Source: Oscillospiraceae bacterium (GTDB lineage: Bacteria > Bacillota > Clostridia > Oscillospirales > Acutalibacteraceae). Taken from it: a stretch of DNA of 64,000 bases. The stretch is taken from contig CACYHA010000016.1 of NCBI GenBank assembly GCA_902774035.1, forward strand, positions 798 to 64,797. Direction: 5' to 3'. A model generated the notes under the pieces. That model searched no databases. It was not told where the DNA came from and was given only the letters and a program-made list of their open reading frames with translations. Positions 25,820 through 35,810 of this stretch are shown one piece after another; positions within the stretch are counted from its first letter, which is position 1, and every line of letters begins with the position of its first letter. A program made the translations under genes and the position numbers.

Positions 25820-25965
25820 CCGCACGGCCGTGCGGCGGGATCGCGCGGCCGGGGCCGCGCGAAAGCGGGGCGCGCTGCGCCCCGCTTTGCACCGCGCAGG
25901 CGCGGTGCATCCCGCCGCATTGTTAGGGCCGGCGCATTTCACGAAATGCGCCGGCCACGGCGGAA
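25820..25965. repeat. GC-rich multi-hairpin intergenic element (copy A)
   Basis: Five consecutive hairpins: CCGCACGG/CCGTGCGG, GCGCGGCC/GGCCGCGC, AGCGGGGCGC/GCGCCCCGCT, TGCACCGCGC/GCGCGGTGCA and GGCCGGCGCATTTC/GAAATGCGCCGGCC. Confidence 0.8.
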
Positions 25966-26008
25966 AACGACAGGTTGCCACTTTTTTGAAAAATAACAAA
26001 AAAAGCAC

Positions 26009-26037
26009 TTGCAAAAATGCTGGAAACACAGTATAAT
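26009..26037 (+). promoter_or_regulatory. Promoter of the PEPCK gene
   Basis: TTGCAA-N17-TATAAT. Confidence 0.65.
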
Positions 26038-26132
26038 AACATTGATTATGGAGTGGTGAGGAGAAAGACGAGTCCCGCCGAGGTTATCGGCAACCGCTGC
26101 ATCAAATTTCACCAATGAAAGGAAAGATCATT

Positions 26133-27926
26133 ATGCTCAAAAACGCACCGACAAAGAATCCGACTATCCTTGCCTGGCTGGAAGAAAAATTGGATCTTGT
26201 CAAACCCGAAAAGGTCGTCTGGATCGATGGCACCCGCGAGCAGACTGAAGCGCTGCGTGCGGAGGGCTGCTCCACCGGCGAAATGATCAAGCTCAACCAG
26301 GAACTGCTTCCGGATTGCTATCTGCACAGAACCGCCGTCAACGACGTTGCCCGTGTGGAAGCCAGAACCTTTATCTGCACACCGACCGAAGCAGAGGCCG
26401 GCCCGACCAACCACTGGATGGATCCCGCAAAATGCTATGAGATGCTTTATGACATCGCGAAGGATTCCTATAAAGGCAGAACCGCCTACATCATTCCCTA
26501 TTCCATGGGCCCTGTCGGTTCTCCGTTTTCCAAGGCCGGTATCGAATTGACCGACTCCATCTACGTTGTTCTGAACATGCTCATCATGACCCGCGTCGGC
26601 TTTGACGTGCTGGATTGTCTCGGTGACAGCGACGACTGGGTGCGCGGCCTGCACTGCAAGTGTGACATTGACGCAGAAAAGAGATATATTTGCCAGTTCC
26701 CGCAGGACAACACCATCATCTCCGTGAACTCCGGCTACGGCGGAAACGTGCTGCTCGGCAAAAAGTGCTTTGCGCTTCGCATCGCGTCCTATCAGGGCAA
26801 AATGGAAGGCTGGCAGGCGGAGCATATGCTCATTCTCGGTGTTGAAAATCCGCAAGGAGAAATCAAATACATCTGTGCTGCGTTCCCGTCTGCTTGCGGT
26901 AAGACCAACCTCGCCATGATGATTCCGCCCGAAGGCTACAAAGCGAAGGGCTATAAAGTCTGGACTGTCGGCGACGATATCGCATGGATCCGCAAGGGTC
27001 CGGATGGCCGTCTGTACGCGATCAACCCCGAAAACGGTTTCTTCGGCGTTGCACCGGGCACCAATATGAAGTCCAACCCGAATGCGCTTTTGAGCACAAA
27101 GAAGGGCGCCATCTTCACCAATGTCTGCCACAACCTCGAAAACAACACCGTCTGGTGGGAAGGCCTCGACAAGAACCCGCCCGAAAACGCGATCGACTGG
27201 ACGGGGATCCCCTGGAACGGCAAGGTCGATACCGACCGTCCGGGCGCCAACCCGAATTCCCGTTTCACCGCGCCCGCTGTCAACTGCCCGTGCCTGAGCA
27301 GCGAATTTGAAAATCCCCAGGGCGTGCCCATCTCCGCGTTTGTTTTCGGCGGCCGCCGCGCAAAGCTCGCGCCGCTGGTCTATCAATCCCGCGACTGGAA
27401 CCACGGCGTGTTTGTCGGCTCCATCATGGCTTCCGAAACCACGGCAGCCGCTGCAGGTGCGGTCGGTGTCGTCCGTCGCGACCCGATGGCGATGCTTCCC
27501 TTCTGCGGCTACAACATGGCGGATTACTGGCAGCACTGGATCGACATCGGCGAAGGCCTCGATCCCGAAAAAGCGCCGAAGATCTTCAACGTCAACTGGT
27601 TCCGCAAGGACGAGGAAGGTCACTTTATGTGGCCGGGCTTCGGCGACAACCTGCGCGTGCTGGAGTGGATCCTGAAGCGCTGCGAAGGCAAAGTCGGCGC
27701 CCAGGAGACCGCGATCGGTTACCTGCCGTTTGCCGAGGATATCAACATCGAAGGCCTCGAAGGCGAAGTTTCCATCGATTCCTTGAACGCGATCCTCGAC
27801 GTGGACAAGAAGCTCTGGGCGCAAGACGCGGAAGGCATCGAAGAATTCTATGCCAAGTTCGGCGACAGACTGCCGCCGGTGCTGCGTAAAGAGCTTGATA
27901 CGCTCAAGGCAAACTGCGCTGAATAA
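26133..27926 (+). CDS. pckG: Phosphoenolpyruvate carboxykinase (GTP)
   Basis: FPSACGKTNLAMM kinase-1a motif and overall GTP-PEPCK sequence. Start MLKNAPT after AAAGGAAAG (the track start at 26115 is an alternative). Confidence 0.93.
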   Translation: MLKNAPTKNPTILAWLEEKLDLVKPEKVVWIDGTREQTEALRAEGCSTGEMIKLNQELLPDCYLHRTAVNDVARVEARTFICTPTEAEAGPTNHWMDPAKCYEMLYDIAKDSYKGRTAYIIPYSMGPVGSPFSKAGIELTDSIYVVLNMLIMTRVGFDVLDCLGDSDDWVRGLHCKCDIDAEKRYICQFPQDNTIISVNSGYGGNVLLGKKCFALRIASYQGKMEGWQAEHMLILGVENPQGEIKYICAAFPSACGKTNLAMMIPPEGYKAKGYKVWTVGDDIAWIRKGPDGRLYAINPENGFFGVAPGTNMKSNPNALLSTKKGAIFTNVCHNLENNTVWWEGLDKNPPENAIDWTGIPWNGKVDTDRPGANPNSRFTAPAVNCPCLSSEFENPQGVPISAFVFGGRRAKLAPLVYQSRDWNHGVFVGSIMASETTAAAAGAVGVVRRDPMAMLPFCGYNMADYWQHWIDIGEGLDPEKAPKIFNVNWFRKDEEGHFMWPGFGDNLRVLEWILKRCEGKVGAQETAIGYLPFAEDINIEGLEGEVSIDSLNAILDVDKKLWAQDAEGIEEFYAKFGDRLPPVLRKELDTLKANCAE

Positions 27927-27986
27927 CCCAAAGATCAACAAATCACCCGTCCGCGCGGCGGGTGATTTTTTAAAAGCGGAGGTACT

Positions 27987-28361
27987 ATGAAACTGAAAAA
28001 CAGATTGTGCATTGTTCTGGCGGTGCTGATCCTTTGCCTGTCCCTTTTTGCCTGCAGCGGAAAAACTCCGGAGCAGGACGCGGCTTCCGAAAACGAATCG
28101 CAGGATTCCGCGCAGAACAGCCCTGTTCGTGCGATCACCGGCGTCTATTCCGAATCGTCGGGCGGAAGAGGCTCCGTTGAGATCACGCAAAAGGAAAACG
28201 ACGGCGCCTATATCGTTGTGCGCTGGATCAACAGCCCGACGGACGTGATCGAGGTCGGCTACCGCAACGGCACGGGCGTGTTCACTTTTGACGATGAGGG
28301 TCTGAAATGGTCTGATCTTGAAGAACACTTTGCCGACGGGCTTCTGTTTGTGCGCACATAG
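27987..28361 (+). CDS. Lipoprotein, unknown function
   Basis: MKLKNRLCIVLAVLILCLSLFAC-S lipobox. GGAGG RBS. Confidence 0.7.
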   Translation: MKLKNRLCIVLAVLILCLSLFACSGKTPEQDAASENESQDSAQNSPVRAITGVYSESSGGRGSVEITQKENDGAYIVVRWINSPTDVIEVGYRNGTGVFTFDDEGLKWSDLEEHFADGLLFVRT

Positions 28362-28398
28362 GCGGATTTGGTTTTCCGCAAAGCTCCGATTATCGAAC

Positions 28399-28513
28399 CG
28401 CCGCGGCGGGGCCGGAACCGTGCGCGCACGGTTCCGCGCGCAGCGAAGCGGGCTGTCCGCCCGCTTCGCTGCGCGTTTCTGCACGGCTCCGCCGTGCAGA
28501 AGCCCCGCCGCTT
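28399..28513. repeat. GC-rich multi-hairpin intergenic element (copy B)
   Basis: GGAACCGTGCGC/GCGCACGGTTCC, GCGCAGCGAAGCGGGC/GCCCGCTTCGCTGCGC and CTGCACGG/CCGTGCAG, enclosed by GCGGCGGGGC...GCCCCGCCGC. Confidence 0.8.
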
Positions 28514-28755
28514 CTTTTTTTGCAAGGTGCGTCTGCTGCATTTCGCGAAAAACGACAAAGCAAAAGAAAGAGCAAGCGCTTTCCATGGAAAAGATTTGTG
28601 ATACCAGCGCTTTTTTGCTTTTGGTTTTCAAAAGGAGCAGGATTGTTTTCTTTGACTCGACGTTTTATCTAAATGCATCAGCTCTGCTGAGCTCAAAAAC
28701 CAACCGCCGGAGGATCGCAAAATCCCCGGCGGTTATTCTTTGATTCCGTTGTATC

Positions 28756-31700
28756 TCACACGATGCTCTGGTCGTTGGCGTCAACAACGCGGACCGTGAT
28801 GTAGTTCGATGCGCCGCTGTTGTTGGAAACGGCTGTGATCGTTGTTTCGCCCGGCGCGATCGCTTTGACTTTTCCGCCGGCGTCAACGGTCGCAACCTTC
28901 GGGTCGGCCGAGGACCAGGTCAGGGATTTGTCCGCCGCGCTTTCGGGGAGCACGATCGGGGAAAGGGGCATGAATCCGCCCGGCGACATCAGAATGGTGC
29001 TCTGCTGGAACTGGATGGATGTGACGGGATCCTGCACCGAAAGGATCACGGCTTTTGCAAACCCGCCGTCCACAGTTCTCGCTGTGATGGTGACGTCTCC
29101 GGCCTTGATCCCGGTGACAACGCCGTTTGCGTTGACTTTTGCAATGGAAACGTCGCTGCTGACGTATTCGATCCGCGGATCGGTGGCTGCGGCGGGAACC
29201 GTTTCGGCGTTCAGCGCAACGGTGCTGCCGACGTTCATCGCTTTGGCGGACGGCTCCACGGTGATGCCTGTAACAGCCACGTGGACGTTGACGGTGCAGC
29301 TTGCGGCGAATCCGCCGTCATCCGTGACTGCGGTGATCGTCGCGGTGCCGCTGCCGACTGCGGTGACAAGTCCTTTTTTCGTAACCTTTGCTACGTCGGT
29401 GTCGCTGCATTCCCAGAGAATGGTCTGGTTGGTGGCGTTGCGCGGCTGAACGGTTGCCTGGAGGGTCGCGGTCTCTCTGTAACTCAGATTCAGTCTGGTC
29501 ACATTGAGGCTGACGCCGGTGACCGGACGGCGCACGGAAACGGTGCAGGTGTCCGAAAGTCCGCTGGCCTTGTTGTAAACGGTGATCACAGCGGTGCCCG
29601 GGGCAACGCCGGTGACGATGCCCTTGCTGTTGACTGTTGCGATCTTCGCGTTGCTGGTCTTCCATTTCAGCTCGCCGTTGCTGAGGCCGGTCGGTTTCGC
29701 ACCGGCTTTCAGCGTTGCGGTCTGGCCGATGGCGAGGGAAAGGGCATTCTTGTTCAGCGCAAGCTCGGTCAGGATCTGCTGCACGTTGATAACGCAGGTC
29801 GCGGTTTTTCCGTTGGTGGTCGTCGCCGTGATCACAGCGTTGCCGGTGGCTTTGCAGCGGATCTGGCCGGTCTGGTTCACGCTGACGATCTGGCTGTCGC
29901 TGCTGGACCATTTGACGGTCTGGGGCGCGTCGGCAGGAAGCACGGATGCGCTCAGCGTCATGGTCTTGCCCGTGCCGAGGTTCAGCTTGCTGTCGCTGAG
30001 CTTGATCCCGGTGGGATAAACGCGGACTTTGATCTTGCATTTTGCCGTGAAGCCGCCGTCGTTGGTCTTGACCATGACGGTTGCCGTGCCGGCGCCCATG
30101 GCTTTGACCTTGCCGTTCTGATCCACGGCGACGATGCTCTTGTCTCCGGTGATCCATTTGACGCCCTTGTTGGTGGCGTCCGCCGGCTGAACATTGGCTT
30201 TCAGCTTGAAGACCTTGCCCTTTTCCAGCGTCAGCTTTGTGCGGCTCAGGGTGACGCCCGTGGCCGAAACGATGGCCGTGACTTTGCAGGACGCTTTGTA
30301 GCCGCCGTCTTCCGTCGTAACGGTGATGGTGGCTGTGCCGGGACGGACGGCTTTGATCAGGCCGCTGGCGTTGACGCGCACAATGTTTTTGTTGGAGGAT
30401 CTCCAATACAGCGTTTTGTTGGAGGCGTTTGCGGGCTCGATCGTCGCCTTGAGCGTTGCCTTTTTGCCGACGTTGAGCGTCAGCTTGGTCTGGTCGAGCT
30501 TGACGCCGCTGACGCCGTAGACCACGCGCACCTTGCAGGAGGCGGTCGCGCCGGTGTCGTTGGCTTTTGCGGTGATCACGGCGTAGCCGATGGCCTTGGC
30601 GGTGACCTTGCCCTTGGTGTTGACGGTTGCAACGTCGTTGTTGCTGGAAGACCAGGTCACACCCTGGTTCGAAGCGTTCGCGGGCGTGATGATGGCGCGC
30701 AGGGTGGTAGATCTGCCCTTGGAAATGCTCACGGTGGATTTGTCGAGGGAGATGCCCTCAACGCCTGTGGTGACAGTGAGGGTGCATTTCGCCTTGACGG
30801 TGCCTGCGGCGTTGGATACCTTGATGGTGCAGGTGCCGGGCGCCACGCCGTAGACCTTGCCCTTGCTGTTGACCTTTGCGATCTTTTTGTTGGAGGATTT
30901 CCAGTTGAAGGTGGTCTCGGAAGCGTCCTTCGGCAGCATGGTCACTGCAAGGATCTTTTTCGCGCCGACCTTGACGGTCTCCTTCGGGTTGACGAATTTG
31001 ATCGAGGTCACACGCTGGATCACCGTGACCTTGCAGGTCGCCTTTGCACCGCCGTCCGCAGAAGCGCATTTGATCGTGACGGTGCCCGCCTTCAGCGCGG
31101 TGATGGTGCCGTTGGAATTGATGGTGGCGATGGATTTGTCGGAGGAGGACCACTTGACCTTTTTGTTGGTGATGGTCAGCGGACGCAGCGACGCGGTGAG
31201 CGTCTTGGTTTTTCCGACATCCATCTGCAGATTGGTGAAGTCCAGAATGACTTCAGTGGCAAGCTGAACCACTTCGATCAGGCAGGTGTCCTTGTATTTT
31301 CCGTCGGCGGTCGTAGCGGTGATGACGGCGGAACCGACCTTGAGACCGGCGACCTGGCCGCTGGCGTTGACGGAGGCGACGGAGGCGTCGCTGGAGCTCC
31401 AGGTGACGGATTTGTTGGTGGCGTCGGCGGGCGTAACGGTTGCGGTCAGAACGGTTTTACTGCCTTTGCCGATCGTCACTTTTTTGCTGTTGATCGTTAT
31501 GCCGTCGCCCGGCGTATAGACGACCACGGTGCAGCTTGCGCTGAAATCGCCTTCCTCCGTCATCACCGTGACGGTCGTGGTGCCGGGCTTTTTGCCGGTG
31601 ACGATGCCTTTGTTGGTGACGGTGGCGATGCTGGTGTCGGCGCAGTGCCAACTGATTTTTTTGTTGGTGGCGTTGGAGGGGATCGTGGTGGCGGTCAGCG

Positions 31701-34386
31701 TTTTGGAAGAGCCGACGGCAATGTTCAGCTTCGTTTTGCTGAGCTTCACGCCCTCCACGCCCTGGGTGACGGTGATGGTGCAGCGGGAGCTGTAGCCGCC
31801 GTCAACCGTGGTGGCGGTGATGGTCGCCTTGCCCGGGCCGTTGGCGGAAACCTCGCCGCCGTTGAACACAGCGGCGACCGAGGTGTCGCTGGATTCCCAG
31901 ATGATGTTCTTGTTCGAAGCGTTGGAGGGGAAGACCTGTGCGCTGATGGTGTAGTTGTTGCCGGCCATCAACTCGATGTTGTTATAGGAGATATAGATGC
32001 CGGTCACGGGCACCATTTTGCTGACCGTGATCGTCACGGAATCCGAAAAGCCGCCGTCCTTGGTGGTCGCCGTGATGATGGCGTTGCCCGGCGCGCGGGC
32101 GGTGACGATGCCTGCCGCGCTGACATTGGCGATGTTGGCGTCGCTGGTCGTCCAGGTCAGGGCGGTGTTGGTCGCGGTCGAGGGCGTGATGATCGGGGAA
32201 AGGGTGGTCGTTTCCGTCTCATACATCGAGAGACGCGCGGTTTCAAAACGGATGCCGCTGACGCTCTGCGTCACGGTCACGCTGCACGAGGCGACTTTGC
32301 CGCCGCTGTTCGTGGTTGCGGTGATGGTGCATTTGCCGCCGGCAATGCCGGTGATCTCGCCCTCGGCGGAAACGGTTGCAACTTTGTTGTCCGAGGAGGT
32401 CCAGCGCACGGTTTTATCCGTAGCGTCGTCCGGCGACACCTTGGCGGTCAGTTTCCGGGTCGTTCCGGCGGCAAGGGTGATCTCTTTTTCGGAAAGCGTG
32501 ATCCCCGTTGCCGGATTGATCACACGGACGGTGCAGCTCGCTTTGACGCCGTTGGCGGCCGTGCAGGTGATGACGGAGGTGCCGGCTTTCTTGCCGGAGA
32601 CAACGCCCTTGTTTGTCACGGTGGCAACGGTCTTGTCGCTGCTCGACCAGGTCAGCGTCTTGTCGCTGGCGTAGGCGGGAACAAAGGTCGGGGAAAGGGT
32701 CGCGGTGCCGTTGAGATCCACTTGGATCTCCTTGTCCAGCTCGATGCGTTCCAGTTCGGCCGAAACGGAAACGGCGCAAACGGCGCTCTTTTCCGTCCCG
32801 TCAAGGGTAACGGCAAGGATGCTCGCAGTGCCGGGGCCGACAGCTTCCACATGGCCGTTGCTGTCGACGGTCACAACGGCGGCGTTGGAGGAGACCCATT
32901 CCACATCCTTATAGGTGGTGCCGGAGGTCGTGCGCACGGTGCCGACAAGGTTTGCCGTGTCGCCCACGCGCAGCGTCAGCGTCTCCTTGTCCACGGAAAC
33001 GGCGGACGCCGGATCCGCAACGCGCACAAAGCATTCGCCGGAAAGGCCGCTGCCGTCGGTCGTGGTGGCCGTGATGGTGCACGTACCGATCATTTTCGGT
33101 TCGAGCAAACCGGCATAGTTGACCTGGCAGACGTTTTCGTTGCTGCTCTTCCAGGTGACGACCTGGTTGCCCGCGTCTTCCGGCAGGATCTTCGCCGTGA
33201 CCTTCTGGTTCTTAGCGTTTGGGGCAACGACGATTTTTTCCGGGGAGATCTGAATGAACGCGACCGCAGGATTGACATTGACGGTGAAATAGCCGGTCAG
33301 GCCGCTGCCGTCGTTGGCGGTGTAGGTGATGCGGGCGGAGCCTTCCTTGAGCGCGTTGAGCTTCGTGCTGACCTGTGCGCCGTCCACGGTGCTTTCGCCG
33401 ACAGTGGCAACGCTGGGGTCGGAGGACGTCCAGGTCAGTTTCTTATCGCTGGCGTTGGCGGGTTCCACTTTCACGGAAATGGTTTCCGTTGCGCCGAGGG
33501 AGGTGGTCAGGGTGCCGCCGACGGCGACGGTGACCGCATTGATGGCGGTGATCTCCACAATACGGCCGACGGTGACCACGCAGTCCGCGGTGAACTGTTT
33601 GCCGCCGCTGGTCACGGAGGCGGTGATCTTCGCAACACCGGCGCTCAGACCTTTCACTGTGCCGCGCTCAGAAACGGTAGCCACTGCTTTATTATCGCTG
33701 TCCCAATAGGTGCCGTTGATAGGCTCTGTCACGTCGGCGTCTTCGTCCGCGCCGATGGCCTCTACTTCGAGCTTAAGCTCTTTGCCGGTCAGAATGGAAG
33801 TGTTTGTTTCTGAAAGCTTGATCTTTGCGATGGGGTTCGTGATATGCAGCGTGCAGGTGCTGGAGGTGCCGTTGGAAACGGCGGAAATGCGCACCGGGTC
33901 TGCGGAATAATGCTTGACAGTGACTTTGCCGCTGTTGTTGACCTCGGCGGCGTTGGTGTCGCTGGACATCCAGGTGACGGGATCCACGGCGTTCTGCGGC
34001 TCTTTTGTCACGCTGAGCGATAAGGTGCCGCCCACGGGGCAGGTGGCGTCGCGGGGATCGACGGCCAGACCTCTCGTGTGGTACTGAATGGTGCTCAGCA
34101 CACTTTTGAGCTGCGCCGTGGCCACGGTGACCTCCGATTGCTGATGGGCGCCCGGATTCTGCAAAATGGCGGTCGCATTGTCATACGCCGTTGTGAGCGC
34201 AGAGGAATCCACATAATAAAGGTTCCACTTGCTGCGGTCGGGGATGGAGTCCACCAGAGTTTGCAGCTCGCTCACATCGAGCGCAAAGGCGGTGATCGCC
34301 GTGCCGAAGGAAAACGGAACCACAGGCAGGCCCGCAAACAGCAGAACTGCGCAGAGGAGCGCGGCGAGTAATCTTTTTTTCATCAT
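28756..34386 (-). CDS. Giant secreted protein made of roughly twenty Big_2 (bacterial Ig-like group 2) domains
   Basis: 1876 aa. Signal peptide MMKKRLLAALLCAVLLFAGL. Periodicity of about 88 aa with ..L.VG....L.A.V.P..A.N..V.W.SS...VA.V...G.V.A...G.A.ITA.. No sortase or dockerin motif seen. Confidence 0.9.
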   Translation of the reverse strand: MMKKRLLAALLCAVLLFAGLPVVPFSFGTAITAFALDVSELQTLVDSIPDRSKWNLYYVDSSALTTAYDNATAILQNPGAHQQSEVTVATAQLKSVLSTIQYHTRGLAVDPRDATCPVGGTLSLSVTKEPQNAVDPVTWMSSDTNAAEVNNSGKVTVKHYSADPVRISAVSNGTSSTCTLHITNPIAKIKLSETNTSILTGKELKLEVEAIGADEDADVTEPINGTYWDSDNKAVATVSERGTVKGLSAGVAKITASVTSGGKQFTADCVVTVGRIVEITAINAVTVAVGGTLTTSLGATETISVKVEPANASDKKLTWTSSDPSVATVGESTVDGAQVSTKLNALKEGSARITYTANDGSGLTGYFTVNVNPAVAFIQISPEKIVVAPNAKNQKVTAKILPEDAGNQVVTWKSSNENVCQVNYAGLLEPKMIGTCTITATTTDGSGLSGECFVRVADPASAVSVDKETLTLRVGDTANLVGTVRTTSGTTYKDVEWVSSNAAVVTVDSNGHVEAVGPGTASILAVTLDGTEKSAVCAVSVSAELERIELDKEIQVDLNGTATLSPTFVPAYASDKTLTWSSSDKTVATVTNKGVVSGKKAGTSVITCTAANGVKASCTVRVINPATGITLSEKEITLAAGTTRKLTAKVSPDDATDKTVRWTSSDNKVATVSAEGEITGIAGGKCTITATTNSGGKVASCSVTVTQSVSGIRFETARLSMYETETTTLSPIITPSTATNTALTWTTSDANIANVSAAGIVTARAPGNAIITATTKDGGFSDSVTITVSKMVPVTGIYISYNNIELMAGNNYTISAQVFPSNASNKNIIWESSDTSVAAVFNGGEVSANGPGKATITATTVDGGYSSRCTITVTQGVEGVKLSKTKLNIAVGSSKTLTATTIPSNATNKKISWHCADTSIATVTNKGIVTGKKPGTTTVTVMTEEGDFSASCTVVVYTPGDGITINSKKVTIGKGSKTVLTATVTPADATNKSVTWSSSDASVASVNASGQVAGLKVGSAVITATTADGKYKDTCLIEVVQLATEVILDFTNLQMDVGKTKTLTASLRPLTITNKKVKWSSSDKSIATINSNGTITALKAGTVTIKCASADGGAKATCKVTVIQRVTSIKFVNPKETVKVGAKKILAVTMLPKDASETTFNWKSSNKKIAKVNSKGKVYGVAPGTCTIKVSNAAGTVKAKCTLTVTTGVEGISLDKSTVSISKGRSTTLRAIITPANASNQGVTWSSSNNDVATVNTKGKVTAKAIGYAVITAKANDTGATASCKVRVVYGVSGVKLDQTKLTLNVGKKATLKATIEPANASNKTLYWRSSNKNIVRVNASGLIKAVRPGTATITVTTEDGGYKASCKVTAIVSATGVTLSRTKLTLEKGKVFKLKANVQPADATNKGVKWITGDKSIVAVDQNGKVKAMGAGTATVMVKTNDGGFTAKCKIKVRVYPTGIKLSDSKLNLGTGKTMTLSASVLPADAPQTVKWSSSDSQIVSVNQTGQIRCKATGNAVITATTTNGKTATCVINVQQILTELALNKNALSLAIGQTATLKAGAKPTGLSNGELKWKTSNAKIATVNSKGIVTGVAPGTAVITVYNKASGLSDTCTVSVRRPVTGVSLNVTRLNLSYRETATLQATVQPRNATNQTILWECSDTDVAKVTKKGLVTAVGSGTATITAVTDDGGFAASCTVNVHVAVTGITVEPSAKAMNVGSTVALNAETVPAAATDPRIEYVSSDVSIAKVNANGVVTGIKAGDVTITARTVDGGFAKAVILSVQDPVTSIQFQQSTILMSPGGFMPLSPIVLPESAADKSLTWSSADPKVATVDAGGKVKAIAPGETTITAVSNNSGASNYITVRVVDANDQSIV

Positions 34387-34595
34387 ACAGAACCCTCGTT
34401 TCGGTCAGAGAATTTTACACTTAAAGATTAAAGGTGCAAGCTAAAAGCAACTTAAATTCAACAGTCTATATATTATACTAATTTCAGGCAAAGAAGTCAA
34501 GAATCGGAAATACATCTTTTTGCGTGCGCTGCGCATTGCTTTTGCAAAAGAAATATGGTATGATAAAAGCAGAAACAAGGAAAGAGGATGTCGAA

Positions 34596-35354
34596 ATGAA
34601 AAAAATGATCTCATGGAATGTCAACGGTATCCGCGCCTGCGTCCAGAAGGGCTTTCTGGAAACCTTCGCCGCGCTGGACGCCGATCTCTTCTGCCTGCAG
34701 GAAACCAAGCTGCAGGCCGGGCAGATCGACCTTGCGCCCGAGGGCTACCACGCCTATTGGAATTATGCCGAAAAAAAGGGCTATTCCGGCACGGCGATCT
34801 TCACAAAAGAGGAGCCGATCGCCGTTTTCAACGGCATGGATATCCAAAAGCACGACACGGAGGGGCGGCTCATCACCCTTGAATTTGAAACATTCTATTT
34901 TCTCACCTGTTATACGCCGAACGCCCAGGACGGTCTGCGCCGGATCGATTACCGCATGGAATGGGAAGATGATTTTCGCGCCTATCTGCAGTCCCTTGAC
35001 AAGACGAAGCCCGTGATCTTCTGCGGTGATCTGAACGTCGCCCACGAGGAGATCGACCTGAAAAATCCGAAATCCAACCGCGGCAACGCCGGCTTTTCCG
35101 ACGAGGAGCGCGGCAAGTTCGGCGAACTGCTCGCCGCCGGTTTCACGGATTCCTTCCGCTACCTCTATCCGGATCGCAGGGACGCCTATTCCTGGTGGAG
35201 CTATCGCTTCCGCGCCCGGGAAAAGAACGCGGGCTGGCGCATCGACTACTTTCTTGTTTCCGACCGCATCGCCCCGCAGATCGTGGACGCAAAGATCCAC
35301 ACGGAGATCTTCGGCTCCGACCATTGCCCGGTCGAGCTGCTGATTGAGATTTGA
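34596..35354 (+). CDS. xth: Exodeoxyribonuclease III
   Basis: [33 protein letters not shown] motifs. AAGAGGA RBS. Confidence 0.92.
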   Translation: MKKMISWNVNGIRACVQKGFLETFAALDADLFCLQETKLQAGQIDLAPEGYHAYWNYAEKKGYSGTAIFTKEEPIAVFNGMDIQKHDTEGRLITLEFETFYFLTCYTPNAQDGLRRIDYRMEWEDDFRAYLQSLDKTKPVIFCGDLNVAHEEIDLKNPKSNRGNAGFSDEERGKFGELLAAGFTDSFRYLYPDRRDAYSWWSYRFRAREKNAGWRIDYFLVSDRIAPQIVDAKIHTEIFGSDHCPVELLIEI

Positions 35355-35411
35355 TTTCAGGGAGCAGGGGACAGGGCGTGAAAAAACTTTTAAAAAACTT
35401 TCAAAAAAGGG

Positions 35412-35440
35412 TTGACAAAACCGATCGGAGCGTATATAAT
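35412..35440 (+). promoter_or_regulatory. Consensus promoter upstream of the 5S rRNA gene
   Basis: TTGACA-N17-TATAAT. Confidence 0.7.
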
Positions 35441-35473
35441 AGCACTCGCTGAAACGCAATCGGCGTTTCGCAG

Positions 35474-35590
35474 TCGGTGTCTTTAGCGATGAGGGTCCAC
35501 CCGTTCCCATCCCGAACACGGCAGTTAAGCTCATCAGTGCTGACAATACTTGGCTGGAAGCGGCCCGGAAAACGGTCAATGATAGCGCTT
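35474..35590 (+). rRNA. rrf: 5S ribosomal RNA, solitary copy (ends approximate)
   Basis: Core CCACCCGTTCCCATCCCGAACACGGCAGTTAAGCTCATCAG matches the universal 5S loop A to helix III region. Helix I CGGTGTC/GATAGCG has one mismatch. Helix IV hairpin GGCTG-GAAG-CGGCC. Confidence 0.8.
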
Positions 35591-35603
35591 GAGGTGATGA
35601 CGA

Positions 35604-35798
35604 ATGGAAAACAAAGGCGGCCGTGTGGTGTTCATGCCCGATATCGAATACCGCGCCTGGGTCAACCGCAACAAGGATCTGCTCGAACGCATCGTTGCAA
35701 CCAAAGAGGTCTCCACCGCGTGGCTGCGCACCGGGCAAAACAAAAGCTTCCTCGTGCGCTATTTCAACGAGTGCGGCTACACGATTACCATCGACTGA
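35604..35798 (+). CDS. Hypothetical protein (64 aa)
   Basis: ORF directly after the 5S gene. No recognisable family. Confidence 0.4.
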   Translation: MENKGGRVVFMPDIEYRAWVNRNKDLLERIVATKEVSTAWLRTGQNKSFLVRYFNECGYTITID

Positions 35799-35810
35799 GG
35801 GGAATGTAAA

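Noticed and set aside
26109-28631. 840-aa minus-strand ORF.
   Set aside because: It lies antisense to the clearly recognisable GTP-PEPCK gene and runs on through the lipoprotein gene and a GC-rich hairpin element. It is a low-complexity Arg/Ala/Gly-rich translation.
29281-33813. 1510-aa ORF on the plus strand, plus several 60-360-aa ORFs in the same region.
   Set aside because: It lies antisense to the Big_2 giant gene. Its composition is monotonous Gly/Arg/Asp/Ala/His, with no signal peptide, RBS or domain pattern. The minus-strand product has a signal peptide and regular Ig-like repeats. This is the typical stop-poor antisense frame of a GC-rich gene.
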